From assembly GCA_040954595.2 (NCBI GenBank), contig CM082582.2, positions 13,366,327-13,430,326 on the forward strand: a stretch of DNA of 64,000 bases, read 5' to 3'. How positions within the stretch are numbered: the first letter of the stretch is position 1; each line of letters begins with the position of its first letter. The notes beneath the pieces were generated by a model. It had not been told where the DNA came from, made no database searches, and saw nothing but the letters and a program-made list of their open reading frames with translations. A program made the translations under genes and the position numbers. This stretch comes from Balanoglossus misakiensis. Lineage: Eukaryota > Animalia > Hemichordata. This document shows positions 1 to 12,217 of this stretch, one piece after another.

Positions 1-3000
1 TGCTACCATGGTTTCATTTTTCTCCCATTAAAATCTCAGCATGTGGAATATTTCCGACATGATGGAATCATTTTAGTTTTCTTGGTCCACAGCGGCCATT
101 AAACAGGGTTGCCCGAGGCAGTGTCAAAGTGTAGCCCTGTGGACTTCTTGAAGAAGGTCATTGAACTTAGCGGCATGAATTTAGTTTGTGAAAGAAACCC
201 TGATAAGCTGGGAATTGATCGACCATGAACAACTGTGTGTGTACATACATGTAACAGTATACCAGAATGTACACACGTATATCTGTGGAAGTTCAGAAAC
301 AGAAAGGAACTGAATGACAATAAACTTTTTTTTGTCTAGACAGTGCAGTAAATTACCTCAGTTGATCAGCCACTATAAATGAAAATAGATTCATCATGAT
401 GGGAACATTATTGTGTCACCTTGACCGCCCATCTAGAAGACAATAATGTCAGGAATGTGGCCCTGGAATGTGGTTACTGTTATCAATACACTTCCATTTA
501 CAGGTGTTTGCATTCATTATCAGGACTCAATGCCAGCCTTTATATTAGCTCCAAAGTGGCTAGTCCTCAAATCAATGGCAAACAGCCAATTTAAAAGTAA
601 GTGTACCATGCTAAGATGTGTACATTTTAATCTGGTGTGTAGTCTGCTTTTTCTGGGCAGGGACAGACTTCACAATCAGGGCCTTTTCTGGAACAGATAA
701 GGAAGGCTGCAATGAGAACAGATTGCAACTTTGCCTCTGTAAAGCATGAGAAGGCAACTTTGCCTCTAAACTGGCTGAGGTGTAGTTATTGATTCTTTCA
801 GCATGGCTTCCCATCAAAGACGACTGCAACAAACACTTGGGGGGGGGGGGGAGGGAACAGATCTCAGAAGGTGACCGAGCGCATTAGGTAAACAGTATAA
901 AGTTCCATCATCTTTTATGTTGTCTGTTTGTGGAAAGCACCAGAACAACTTGTCTGTGTGCACACCTGCAGAATGGACGCAGCAGAAAGCAAATGTACAC
1001 CTGACACACAAAGCAGCTGGTATCAAGTTTCACCACCAGGAGTAAATAGCTGGACTGTAAAAAACCTCCAGTATGTAGACTATGCAGAGTATGTAGTGGT
1101 TGACTAAAAATACTTGAAGATCATTACATGTATTTGGCTCAACCTTGACCCCTACACACATGTACCTGGAGTGGTCAGTGCGACCTAGACATGCGAGTCT
1201 TACACTTAATATTATCACTGTTCCAGTATCTATCATGCATGTCAATTTGTAAATGTAAAACACACTGAATGCATGTGCATGTACAACTGTAGAATCAACT
1301 CAGATACATCATGACCTCAGATCATATCTGACGTCTCCAGTTGACTTTATTCTGGGATCGTCTCCAAGGAAGTGGACTTTATTCATTTTCCCTGACATGC
1401 CAACTTGAGGTCAGATTACAGCCACCACAGTGCGCGGCTGGCGACATCCATTGGGTGACCTCTTGACCCTAAGCAGGTCATTATTGACACCTAACACTTG
1501 TCTTCAAGATATACACTGTCTGGTAATCTGTGGGTTAATATGGCATTCTCTTATTCCATATGTCATCGCTGTTAACATCCATCGCTGAAAGAGTAGATTC
1601 TGATGTCTGTAGTACTGGTGTCAAGTGATACCCAATGTATTTTTATCAGGGCAAAGCCTTTCTATGCACGGTGGTATGAAATATGCTAATTGAAACTCTA
1701 CAAGCAGCAGGCAGTCTGTGTTCAGAGCAGATATAGAAACATAGAGATAGGCAGCTCCAAAGCTCATATCACTTCAGCTATATAAAAATGCAATGCTCAA
1801 CAAAGTGAAGTGTTTTGATATGAACAGTGCCCTCTATCATTGATCAATGAAAACAACTCGTGTTATAATGCAATAAAGCCACTGTCTCATTTCATCAAGA
1901 AGTGAGCAATTGTGTTGATTTTGAATGTAATCAATTTACTTAATTAACAAGGTTGAGCTCTTCTTCATCACTAACAACCCTCCTTTGTGTCGAGATAATA
2001 CCAAGGCCAGAAAAGGTATATTTTTAGAAGTGTGTTATCATCAGCATATGCAAAGTGGTTTTTGATAGAAATGGCATTGGCTAGTGGCGGATGAAAATTA
2101 CAAATTATCATTCAGTTACGGCAGGTGTTAGATAAACTGATAGTGATACATTTTGTTCATCATTTTAATCCATTGCAATGCCGCACTCAAAGTAACTGTC
2201 TGATACTAATATTTGAATGCATAGCTTATTTTATGAATATATGCGCTGTAACAGTGCTTAAAGACATGTACATTGTAGATTATAGATGTACATGTACGAG
2301 TGAAAGTTCAAGTAATGTAGTTGTATTATTTCAGCTGAAGACAGACAGATTGGTCATCATTTCTACACACTCAATACCTTTTCTGTACAAACCTACTTAT
2401 CACAATATTGCATTTGCCCAATTACACTGTACCACTAACTTCGACCATATGTTTATGTGAATTAAATAAAACAAGAATAATGGTGACAAGCATGTCTGTT
2501 AAAATGCCATATTGAATTTTCGATTAAAAGGAATAATATGGACACATTCTGGATAATGCTAATCAATATTAACCCTGTTAGTTGTGAGTTTTTTTGTGTT
2601 TTGTTGAACCGATATCACTGGGAACTATTTGAGTTATGTTGGTAAAAAAAGGGCTGGAAATTCAAGATTTGCCTGTAGGGAGTATAGGATTAACTTCGCG
2701 TGAAATGTTTAGCTGCTGTATTTCAAGAGGCCGATTGCTTTTCTAAAAATAGCTGAGCACTAAGAAAAATGGATTACACAGAGGTAGTAGTTGTATGTCT
2801 ATTGGAAAAAATGATCCACAGAGTGAAAAGGGGTTCAGTGTGTACTGTAACATGGTTTCTATTTGAACAGTTATATTAGTGTTTTTGCAAACCAAATATT
2901 TGTTTCAGTGTTTAATATTTGAAAACAAAGTAATTATGCATATTTCATTTGTGAGAAACATTGTCATGGCAACTGTTACCGGGTAGGTTACGCTGTCATA

Positions 3001-3103
3001 GATATTACTGGTAAATGTTTGGTGACCATTGAGTGTAAACACTGGATGTGACTTCAAATTCAAAATAAATGCTTAATTTTCTATTTTCTGTTTTATCTTA
3101 TAG

Positions 3104-6100
3104 GTGTTTGCTACAAATGTGGTGATCCAGTGACAGGCTCGGCACAAGCATGTCAGGCCATGGGTAATCTGTATCATACAGACTGTTTCAACTGTTGTTC
3201 ATGTGGTAAGCTCATATTACCTCTTCTCTGTTACATTCTCTTAGTATATGCACCCAAAAATAGAAGCATCCTGCCCTCCAGTCTGTACATGTGTGCTACT
3301 TGTCTTACAAATTTACACCAGAAAAAGAGACACCATCCAGGTCTCAATAAAAAAAGCATAAGACAAAAAGATCTAGCCAAGGAGAAATTCCTGTAATGAA
3401 ATGAGCTCAGAGAGGCATGAAAATAATTTAATAAATGGATATCAAAACAAATAGAGCAGTTCCTGTAGCAATTGCATGCCCCACTGGGATTGTTTCCTTT
3501 TTCCGTGATGACTTCTTGATTTTACGTGTATTGCATCCTTAACCAGGAAGGAAATATATATATTCACACATGTTTTTGTCTCTCTACATTGTTCCATCTC
3601 CGGAACAGAACTGTACATTGGTTGTAATAAACAGGCTTCCTCACACTTCCTCTCATATCAGGGGGTAGTCAGAAAAAGAATCATCAATCACGATCAAATG
3701 AGAGAGAGATGTCATTCCACCCACAGCACATGGCCGCAAAGGTTTAACTGCATTCAGATGTTCTATTTCAAACGTGGCCTCGGTGTATTGACCAGAAATA
3801 CTGTAATTCTCTCTCTTGGAGGTTTGCCAATCTCCTGGCAGCAGATCAAATGAAACCCAGCTGATCTCAGAGTTGTGTGATTGATACATGTTGTTTCTTA
3901 TTCAAACCAGACCCTTCTTCCCTGAATTCATTCTCCAGTTGGAAGATTACCTATTGCCGCTGTATCATACACGCAGGGCGGAAAGCTGTCGTGTTGGTTT
4001 GAGCATTAAAATGTAGATTTGTGTCTTCCATGATGTTCTATGGCAGTTGTTAATTTCAAGAAAATGGTTGAAATGTACCAGCATGTACCAGGAAGTACCC
4101 AATTCCCTCAGCCTTTGTTGTTTTCATTGTTACAGGGCGTACTCTGAGAGGAAAGGCATTCTACAATGTCCATGGGAAAGTGTATTGTGAAGAAGACTAC
4201 TTGGTAAGTAAATATCTGTTGTTAGAAGCAGATAGGCCCATAACAGATAGTATAGATCCCATCTTTTAGGGGCCTGTACCGTAAACACATCACACTTTCA
4301 ACTTCCTGAAAGACAGCTGCACCATTCACACTTTGATTTGATTTCAGTATGTGCTACATAATATTATTTACAAAATAATCTCTTTGTCTGTTTGTTGTCC
4401 CTTTCAGTATTCTGGTTTCCAGCAGACTGCAGAGAAGTGTGCCATCTGTGGCCATCTCATAATGGAGACAGTAAGTTTGATATCTTGGCGCTGTTTTTAT
4501 TCTCCTCAGCTGTTCTGCATGTACTTTCAATTCTGGTGAGCTCTGGTGATGATTGGTCATTTTGGATCACATGACAAGCTGTGACTTGTGTGATTGGTCA
4601 GTTTAAACATGTGACAAACCACTTCCTGTGTTATTGCAGCTTGAATGACATCTTCTCTTGATTTCAGATCTTGCAAGCCATGGGAAGATCCTACCATCCT
4701 GGCTGCTTCCGTTGCATAGAATGTAATGAATGCCTGGATGGGGTACCTTTTACCATTGATGCTGAGAACAAAATTTACTGTGTCAACGACTACCATAAGT
4801 GAGTGTTTGTGTGACTGTCTGTACATACTGAATGTGTCTGTATCTGTATTTAGAACCTTATATGTAAGGATGGTGATTGTACAAGTGTGAATATCGTAGA
4901 ACCTGGGATGATTCTGGTGAAAATGGTCAGGTCTTTCTTCACAAGAAGAACATCAAACATCAATCCATTTGTTCATTTTTTCACTCATAAAAATAAAAGC
5001 AACATCTTCACATCACTTTGGTATCTTTTCATTTCTGATCCAAACAGCAAGATGGATAGTAATCAACCTGACGTTATTCATGACCATTTTTTGAGACCAT
5101 CTTTTAATGCACATGCACCATATAGGGGAATAAAGCTGGTCAAATCCAAGGTATCATATCCCTCGAGGACTTTCATCCATTCACAAATGCTACTCTTCTC
5201 ACTCAACTCTGAAATCTTTTCCACAGCTGTCTGTAGTCAAGCTCCAGGTAGCATGTACCTTGCAGATTGCATTTGCAAAGTACATGTTACAGTATATATA
5301 TTTTTAATTTTTTTTTTAGTACAAAAATATGTTAAAGTTGACACTGTTGTCAAAATGCGCATCTATAGGATTTTATGTTTACATGTAGAGTCCAACCAGC
5401 TCATTTATTGGATAATTCTAGAGCTTCCTGTTTCTTTCAATTCTCTTCAGGCAATTCGCTCCCAAATGTGCTGCTTGTGGAAACAGCATTACACCGGTAC
5501 AGGTATTTTCTCATTTCGCACCATAGTGCAGCTGGCGGCTTTTTTCTTCTTCTTCTTTTTCTTCCCCACAGTTCCACTTACATCATCTCTTGTTTTATTT
5601 CCACATTCTGATTCATCATGGGTTATGTGGAGTGAATACTTACATCAGATATTCACACTATGTTTATCTATTGCTGTGAAGTAAATTTGATTTAAAAGTT
5701 TCAAAACAAGAAAATGTTGTGACTCAAATCAAGAACTTAATCACAGTTTGTATCTGATGATATAAGAGTGGTAAATACTTGTACATTAGTAAATATATTT
5801 TTGAGGTGAATGCTTTCTTACGAGGTAAGAAGCTAGTTTTGATTTGTTGGCAGTTGCTGGCTGTAGCTAACTCAGCATGTGAAGCAAATTTAGGCATTCC
5901 TAAAATATGAGGACGAAAATTCACACATTGTGGTTTCTCATTCAACATTTCATAACTTGCTTCCTCTCTGACTTTGTCTCCACTTCTTGCAGCACGTATT
6001 GTATGCCCCTAGCTTCCATGCTGTTTTGCTGACATTGCATTTCATTCCTTCCAACTGCATCTCTTTTTTTTCCCCTGCCGCTGCACTGCAACACAACACT

Positions 6101-7531
6101 GACCATGCAAACGTTTGCACTACAGTGCAGCTTAGGAATAGCTTTCCAATTTGCTAACAACTTGCTGACACGGTGTTTATAATGAGCCAACACAGTGTTA
6201 GCCTGTGTGTTCCAAGTGTTACAAAGGTGTGAATCTGTTGGCCCTGGCACTTGGCATTGTTCAGTGTTAGCATGTGCTACAAAGGTGTTAAACCTTGGCG
6301 CACCCTATTGTTTTGGCACACAGTGTTAGCCTGTGTGTTCCAAGTGTTACAAAGGTGTGAATCTGTTGGCCCTGGCACTTGGCATTGTTCAGTGTTAGCA
6401 CCTTGGCGCACCCTATTGTTTTGGAACACCCCAGTTAAACACAAGCCCAATAGGTGCTAATTAGAGCGCCAATAGGGTGCCAACCCAGAGTTGACCCAGT
6501 GTTTAAACAGAGCTGACCCAGTGTTGGTGCAGTTGGAAAGCTATTCCTAAGCTGCACTGTACAATAGCCTTCATGTTGACTGCACCCATACAGTTTGAAG
6601 ATTTTGACAAAGTTGCCAAAAACAAAAAGGAAACGTTATCGTAACAAGCATGAAGTGTAGAATGGTTTCTTCGTTCCAAAATATTTGTTTGATAATTTTA
6701 CTGAAGCTGCAGTTCAGAGTAAATGCCACAGACAAGAAAACTAATCATGACAAACTTACATGAACATGTCAGAATCTCTAACAGAACTAACATTAACCCT
6801 GTGACTGTTAATTTTCATATTTTTGACCAAATATTTTTTCTTCACTCCAATTCAAGGGATCCGACGAAACAGTCAGAGTCGTCTCTATGAATAAGGACTT
6901 CCATGTTGAATGTTACCGTTGTGAGGTATGTATGCCCCTCAACTTGTAATCTATCACCCCTACATGTAGTCCTGCATATGCCATGGTATGGTCCTCTTGT
7001 CATCAAGTCAGCATACAATGTTAATTGTCCAATGGGATATGGGGGTGGTTTGGAGGTGAATGACATAATGACTGGCCATATTCTTTCGCGTAGTGTAAAA
7101 TACACGATAGAATTCAGTGACACACCTTTGATACTTTTTCAATGATTTATCATTTGTAGGATTGTGGAAATGAATTAACAGATGAACCAGAGAAATGGTG
7201 TTACCCGTATGAAGATCACCTACTCTGTCATACATGCCACATCAGTAGATTACAAGACCTTCAACAACCATACGCACCACCACAACCTGAGCCTTACTAC
7301 CACCAGCGCCAGCAGTCCATACCCGATCAGTCTTCCGGCTCTCGATTGGTTCAGTCACCACCCGCAAACTCCTCACTGCCACGCCAACCCGCGCCCAAAA
7401 CCTCACCACCTTCTGCCAAGGTGTATCCACAGTCTTCATCACATGCACAGCAGCACACGTCACACAGCCCACAGCTGTCACCAAATCCTGCGTTGTCGTC
7501 AACGCCAGGATTTCGAATGACCGAACTCTGA
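3104..7531 (+). CDS. WTIP: Ajuba/LIMD1/WTIP-family LIM-domain protein (WTIP-like), 3' part; the first coding exon lies upstream of the window
   Basis: Seven GT-AG exons join in frame: 3104-3205, 4136-4203, 4408-4470, 4668-4798, 5451-5502, 6857-6925, 7160-7531. Translation gives three LIM domains ([93 protein letters not shown]...[66 protein letters not shown]), diagnostic of the Ajuba subfamily. The C-terminus GFRMTEL* resembles vertebrate WTIP (...VTEL). The gene is probably co-orthologous to WTIP/LIMD1/AJUBA. Confidence 0.93.
6121..6561. mobile_element. Non-autonomous DNA transposon (MITE), Tc1/mariner-type, in an intron of the LIM gene
   Basis: Perfect 27-bp terminal inverted repeats CAGTGCAGCTTAGGAATAGCTTTCCAA (6123-6149) and its reverse complement (6533-6559), flanked by TA at 6121-6122 and 6560-6561. 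There is an internal ~80-bp direct duplication (starting ~6191 and ~6319) and no transposase ORF. Confidence 0.88.
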
Positions 7532-10487
7532 TCTCTCAAATGTTCCTTTGTGTCTGCAGATGGACGTAAATTATCAAGACAGTGCTTCGAGCGGGCATGT
7601 GAATTTCTCAATTCATTTGCCTATGTTATAGTTTGACGATTTAGTCAACTAGCATGGATCTGGCGATCTTCCACTCTCTTTTGCCAGACAGTTTTCCTTA
7701 AGGGCATTCAGAGTTAGGCTTCATATTAACCAATTGCAGCGGACAGGGTAACATGTATCATTACAAAGGAAACATCAACAAATCTAAATCAAGAATAAAG
7801 AAATAAACATCAATGTTCTTTAACAGGGTCAATGACCCTGAAATAAACACAGAGACAACAACCATCCATTGATGCAATGGCATCAGAATTTCATCATTTA
7901 CTAATAATTATAAAAATCAGATTTTTAAATTCAAAGTAAGATTTTAGAAATACCATAGTGCCTTCCTTTTAGAGGATGTTTTGATTTTCTTTTCCGTTTC
8001 ACAGACAAATAGTGTCTAGGCATATCCTACTCCCAGTACTCCGAATGACTTAACCAGTATCTTGATATTTCTGCTTAATATTGAAATCACCTTAGCAACC
8101 AGTAGATTTTACTTTTAAAAGATAGTATAATTTTATTGTTAGAGATATCTTAGAGAATAACGTATAGTACTATTGTAATATAACATGTTGCTACAAAACT
8201 TAATATTTCTTACCTGGGGGCCTCTCTACTGTTGTAGTTGAAGGCCTTCATCACTTAAGCAACTCCCATAAGTGCCATATTTCCCTCCTTTTTTGAAATT
8301 CAGAACTACTTTTTATTGAAAACATTTGCAAGGTTTTTTCAGGAATATTTCTCTTATAACCCTGACTTAATTTCAACTTATATTCATTCTGTATCCCAAC
8401 CAAATTATATATTCGCAAGTTTAAACTCTGTAGTGTATTTAAAAGTGAACATTTTGAACTTACCAAAACAAAGTCAAGATTTTGAGAGATAACAAAAAAT
8501 CTAACAGAAGTATATAGAGTATATTTCCCTTTGTATCAATATCACACATCCAGTGGGGATTTTCTCCTACTTTTTGTGTGCTTCCTTCTTCTAATTTTTG
8601 GAGCAAATCCCAAATTGTCTATATATTTTGCTAAGAATGAGTGATTGTCTTTTTTTTTTCATTTTTGTAAAGGGAAATATTTCTAACATTGCACTTGTGG
8701 TATTCATATCATAGACATAGTGAGTATTGTAAGAATATAGTTTAAAATCTGTGATATATGTTGTTGCTTATAATTTCTGTTTAAAGCATTTTCAAGAAAT
8801 GCTGGAGGAAACACTGATTCAATGGTGCCTTAATGTTATTCTTTTGTTTTTTAGTGTAAATCTGAAATTTTGTTTTCCATGTAAAGGTTTATTCTAGCTT
8901 GTGTGAATGCCTGCCATAGTGTTTTTCTTTAGGAATCTTCTACTTTCATATCATGCCCACCTTTAACCTCTGTGCCTTTTAGACATTTCTTTCCATTAAA
9001 CTTCTTACATTACTTTGCAGCAGTTTTGTTTTGGTTCATGGACATACAGCCAGTGGGTGTGAAATAAGGTACTTTAATATAGACTCCATATCCAAAAATG
9101 TGTAATTTTAATACTGCATAGATTTTTGTTGTTATGCCAATTTGCATACGCACACAAAAATTTGCATGTTCTTTTTCATAAACCAGATGTGTTTTTCACC
9201 GTCATATCCAAGCATCACAACCACCTTGAAATGTTTCAGTTGATGTAGAGATGAGATGGAATTTTTTTTTTTCTTAAATGTGGAGTGGGTTAGTTAAGTT
9301 AATGTTATCAGATTCACTAAGGTACAGTGTGTACCTGTGTGGTGACACTTATTAGCAGTAAATGTCTCTGTACAAGTACTCATATACTGTGTGTCTTATT
9401 TGAATTTTTTAGATTATTCATATTTCTCAAAGATGAACTCAAACAGTAGGACATATGAAGAGTTATATTAGAGCATGGTTTTGCCGCAACTTTTCTCAAC
9501 AACATGATTGGTCAAAAATAACAGGTAAACCGAGAATCAGCCATACTTTTGTTACTGTATTCTGAGACAAGAACAGGGTTGGCTGTTTTGTATGTGTTCT
9601 ACAAACTTGCCTATCCCCTGGGAAACCTCACCGAAGCTAAGTGCCAAATTAGAACTTGACAGCTAGACTTATCGTTCCGAGCTTCAATTGATATTGATGG
9701 TCTTAATTCGTAGTCATTTAGCATTGTAAAGTAAAAGGCAATGTGATTAGAATACTGAAATTTCAGATTGCAGATAAGACCCGGTCAGCAGTAAAGCGCC
9801 CTCTCTGACGGAGAATGGCCATGCCCGATAGGATTTTCATCCCGTAGCTGCTGCATTTATTTCGTCCTGTGCGGTGATTTTCATAAATAAATAAGGTTAG
9901 TATTACAGAAAAATATAACTTACGTTACACCCGAAAAGACATTGCGTGCGGTCAGATGTGTTTGCCTGCGCCGAATATGGAGAACTCTTATTATACTGCG
10001 GTACTATCAATTTATAAATGTTTTAATATGATTGTGCAAAGAAACATAAAACACCGTGCATCTTTACGAACAATTGTCTTGTCCAAATTGAAAAGGATCC
10101 TCGACGCCCATACTTCAGCCTATGTAATGGCCAAACAATGACTGTGTCGCCATAGATACTACGTTGACAGTTCAACTTCTTCAAAATAGAGTTTGTACTA
10201 GAACCACTAAATATTTCTTCCTGTGATTATGAAAAACTCTCCTGGCCAGGGGTTATTGAATGCAAGATTTATTTTTAGAAATATGTGTGTGCAAATTATC
10301 GCTTCCTGTCATTTTGGTTCTATATCAAAGCAATAACAATTTAGATTTGTTATTTTCAGTTTCGATTCGATGATGAGTTGGGTTAATTAGTACTGCATGA
10401 TCGTTGTCCTGGTAACACTGTTGGCGTTTGTATGTTCCAATACGACTGTGATTATTTTCTCACTGTGATGCACATATAATTAGAAAG

Positions 10488-10537
10488 TCTCTCTCTCCCC
10501 CCCCCCCCCTCTCTCTCTCTCTCTGCTCCCTCTCTCT
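10488..10537. repeat. (CT)n / poly-C microsatellite
   Basis: tctctctctc-cccccccccccc-tctctctctctctct is directly visible. Confidence 0.8.
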
Positions 10538-11894
10538 GAATTCAATAACCCATTTCGACTGTAAACAGCTAAAACTGAATACAGATATATATGTCGCAGG
10601 ACGACCTGTGAAACGAAGCAATGATTAAATTTGATTGGTTGGTGGGTTCATTGCAGGATGTTCCGTGATTCGTTGAGTCACAACCACCTGTGTTTCGACA
10701 CTTTGTGTTTCTTTCTGACCAATAGTAACCGAGGAGACGGTGGGTGCATCTGTAGGCGATTTACCACCAACTTGCCGATCTATGGTCGTGCCTCAACAAT
10801 TCCATTGCTCTCGGAATCAGTTTTCAATATCCTTGCCCCTAGTAAACTTTAAAGAAAATCACATGAATTTTCAACTTGATTTAATTGAAATATATTGTGA
10901 TGAAAATAAGTACATTATTTTACTTCTCAAAGCACAAGTGTGTAATTTTTCCACTGTATTTTCAACCCCTCTTCTCCTTTGTCGCACAAAGTGCCTTCTG
11001 CCGTCCGTAGGCGTTCTTATTGCGTATTCTGGAGCTTCAGCTGTTTCATAAAGTGCCGAGACATTCATTGTTTATCAGACAAGGTGATTCACCAATGAAT
11101 CGTTCTGTGTCGCCTCATTAATATTTAATAAAGTACGGAGGAGGGGGATCTTCGTACACGTCTTGGTATTAGTAACTGGTTAACCGCAAAGTACGCGAAA
11201 CTCGACAACCTTTTAATACGTTTGCCGCATACATGCATACGCATGGTATTCCAAAAGATTGAGAAAAAAAACCACCATATTGCATCACTGCGGTTGGGAT
11301 ACACGCAGTAGATTTCCAGAAGGCCACCCGAGTCTGGCAGCGATCCGGTTCAGGTGTGCGCGCATGAACTTTGCGGGTGTGAACGTATTTACTTTCGTCA
11401 TATGCCGGACACTGCTGGAGAAAATGACGTTGTTTCCATCTGGTAAGAAGTGAATTTGCCATTCATCAGATCATCAAATGCGTGGACGTGCGCGACAGAT
11501 GTAAGTAGGCTTCATTTATATCGCTATAGAGCGTTGGCGTGTTCTTTTTTTTCACCCGTAAATGCGAAATTATAACACCCAACAAACATTTACAAGTCGC
11601 GATGTGGACAGAGATGACGACGACGGTTTATAGAAGACATATCGTCGCGTGCGTGTAATTTTTCCAAGCGCAATATTTATAAGACGCACGATTGACGCGC
11701 CGTCATCATATGTCATATAGGAAACGCTTTTTCGTCTCTCGCTGAGACTGGTATGCGACGGAGATATAATATAAATGTCGGGTTAAATGGTACCACGCTT
11801 TATTTTCCCGCGCAAAACCAACAGCTGAGCACAAATTCTGAGGGTATTACACACGGTCGAGTCTCGTATGTGTGTGACGTTGACAGCAAGGGCC

Positions 11895-11990
11895 GCCACA
11901 TGCAAATTCATCGCTTCGCTCGTCTCATTATAGATTTCTGGTGCATGATTGGACCAGGGTATAATTTAATTCGAATACTGCAGTCGGCCA
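11895..11990 (+). promoter_or_regulatory. Putative core promoter of the G-alpha-o gene
   Basis: Octamer ATGCAAAT at 11900-11907, inverted CCAAT (ATTGG) at 11948-11952, TATAAT at 11960-11965 and Inr-like CAGT at 11981, about 240 bp upstream of the ATG in CpG-rich DNA. Motif evidence only. Confidence 0.35.
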
Positions 11991-12217
11991 CCTCCGCCGT
12001 CTCTTCTGCTTACTGAGACCGAGGAAAGGGCGATATTTTTCCGGGGCCAAAAATTTCCAGAAATTTTGAATTCAGAAGGAGGCAGATATTGAGAAGGAGG
12101 GGGAAAATATTCGCGTGAAGACTCCGTTTGCTGTCTGTTTGTTTGTCTGTCCGCCTTCTCGGGGACGCTCATCAGAGACGAATTGAAAACGGCTTCGGCA
12201 AGCTGTGGGTTGCAGAC

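Noticed and set aside
4887-5684. 265-aa + strand ORF
   Set aside because: It runs through AT-rich intron and crosses the real 52-nt LIM exon in a different frame. The poly-Phe comes from a (TTC)n/T tract, and there is no domain.
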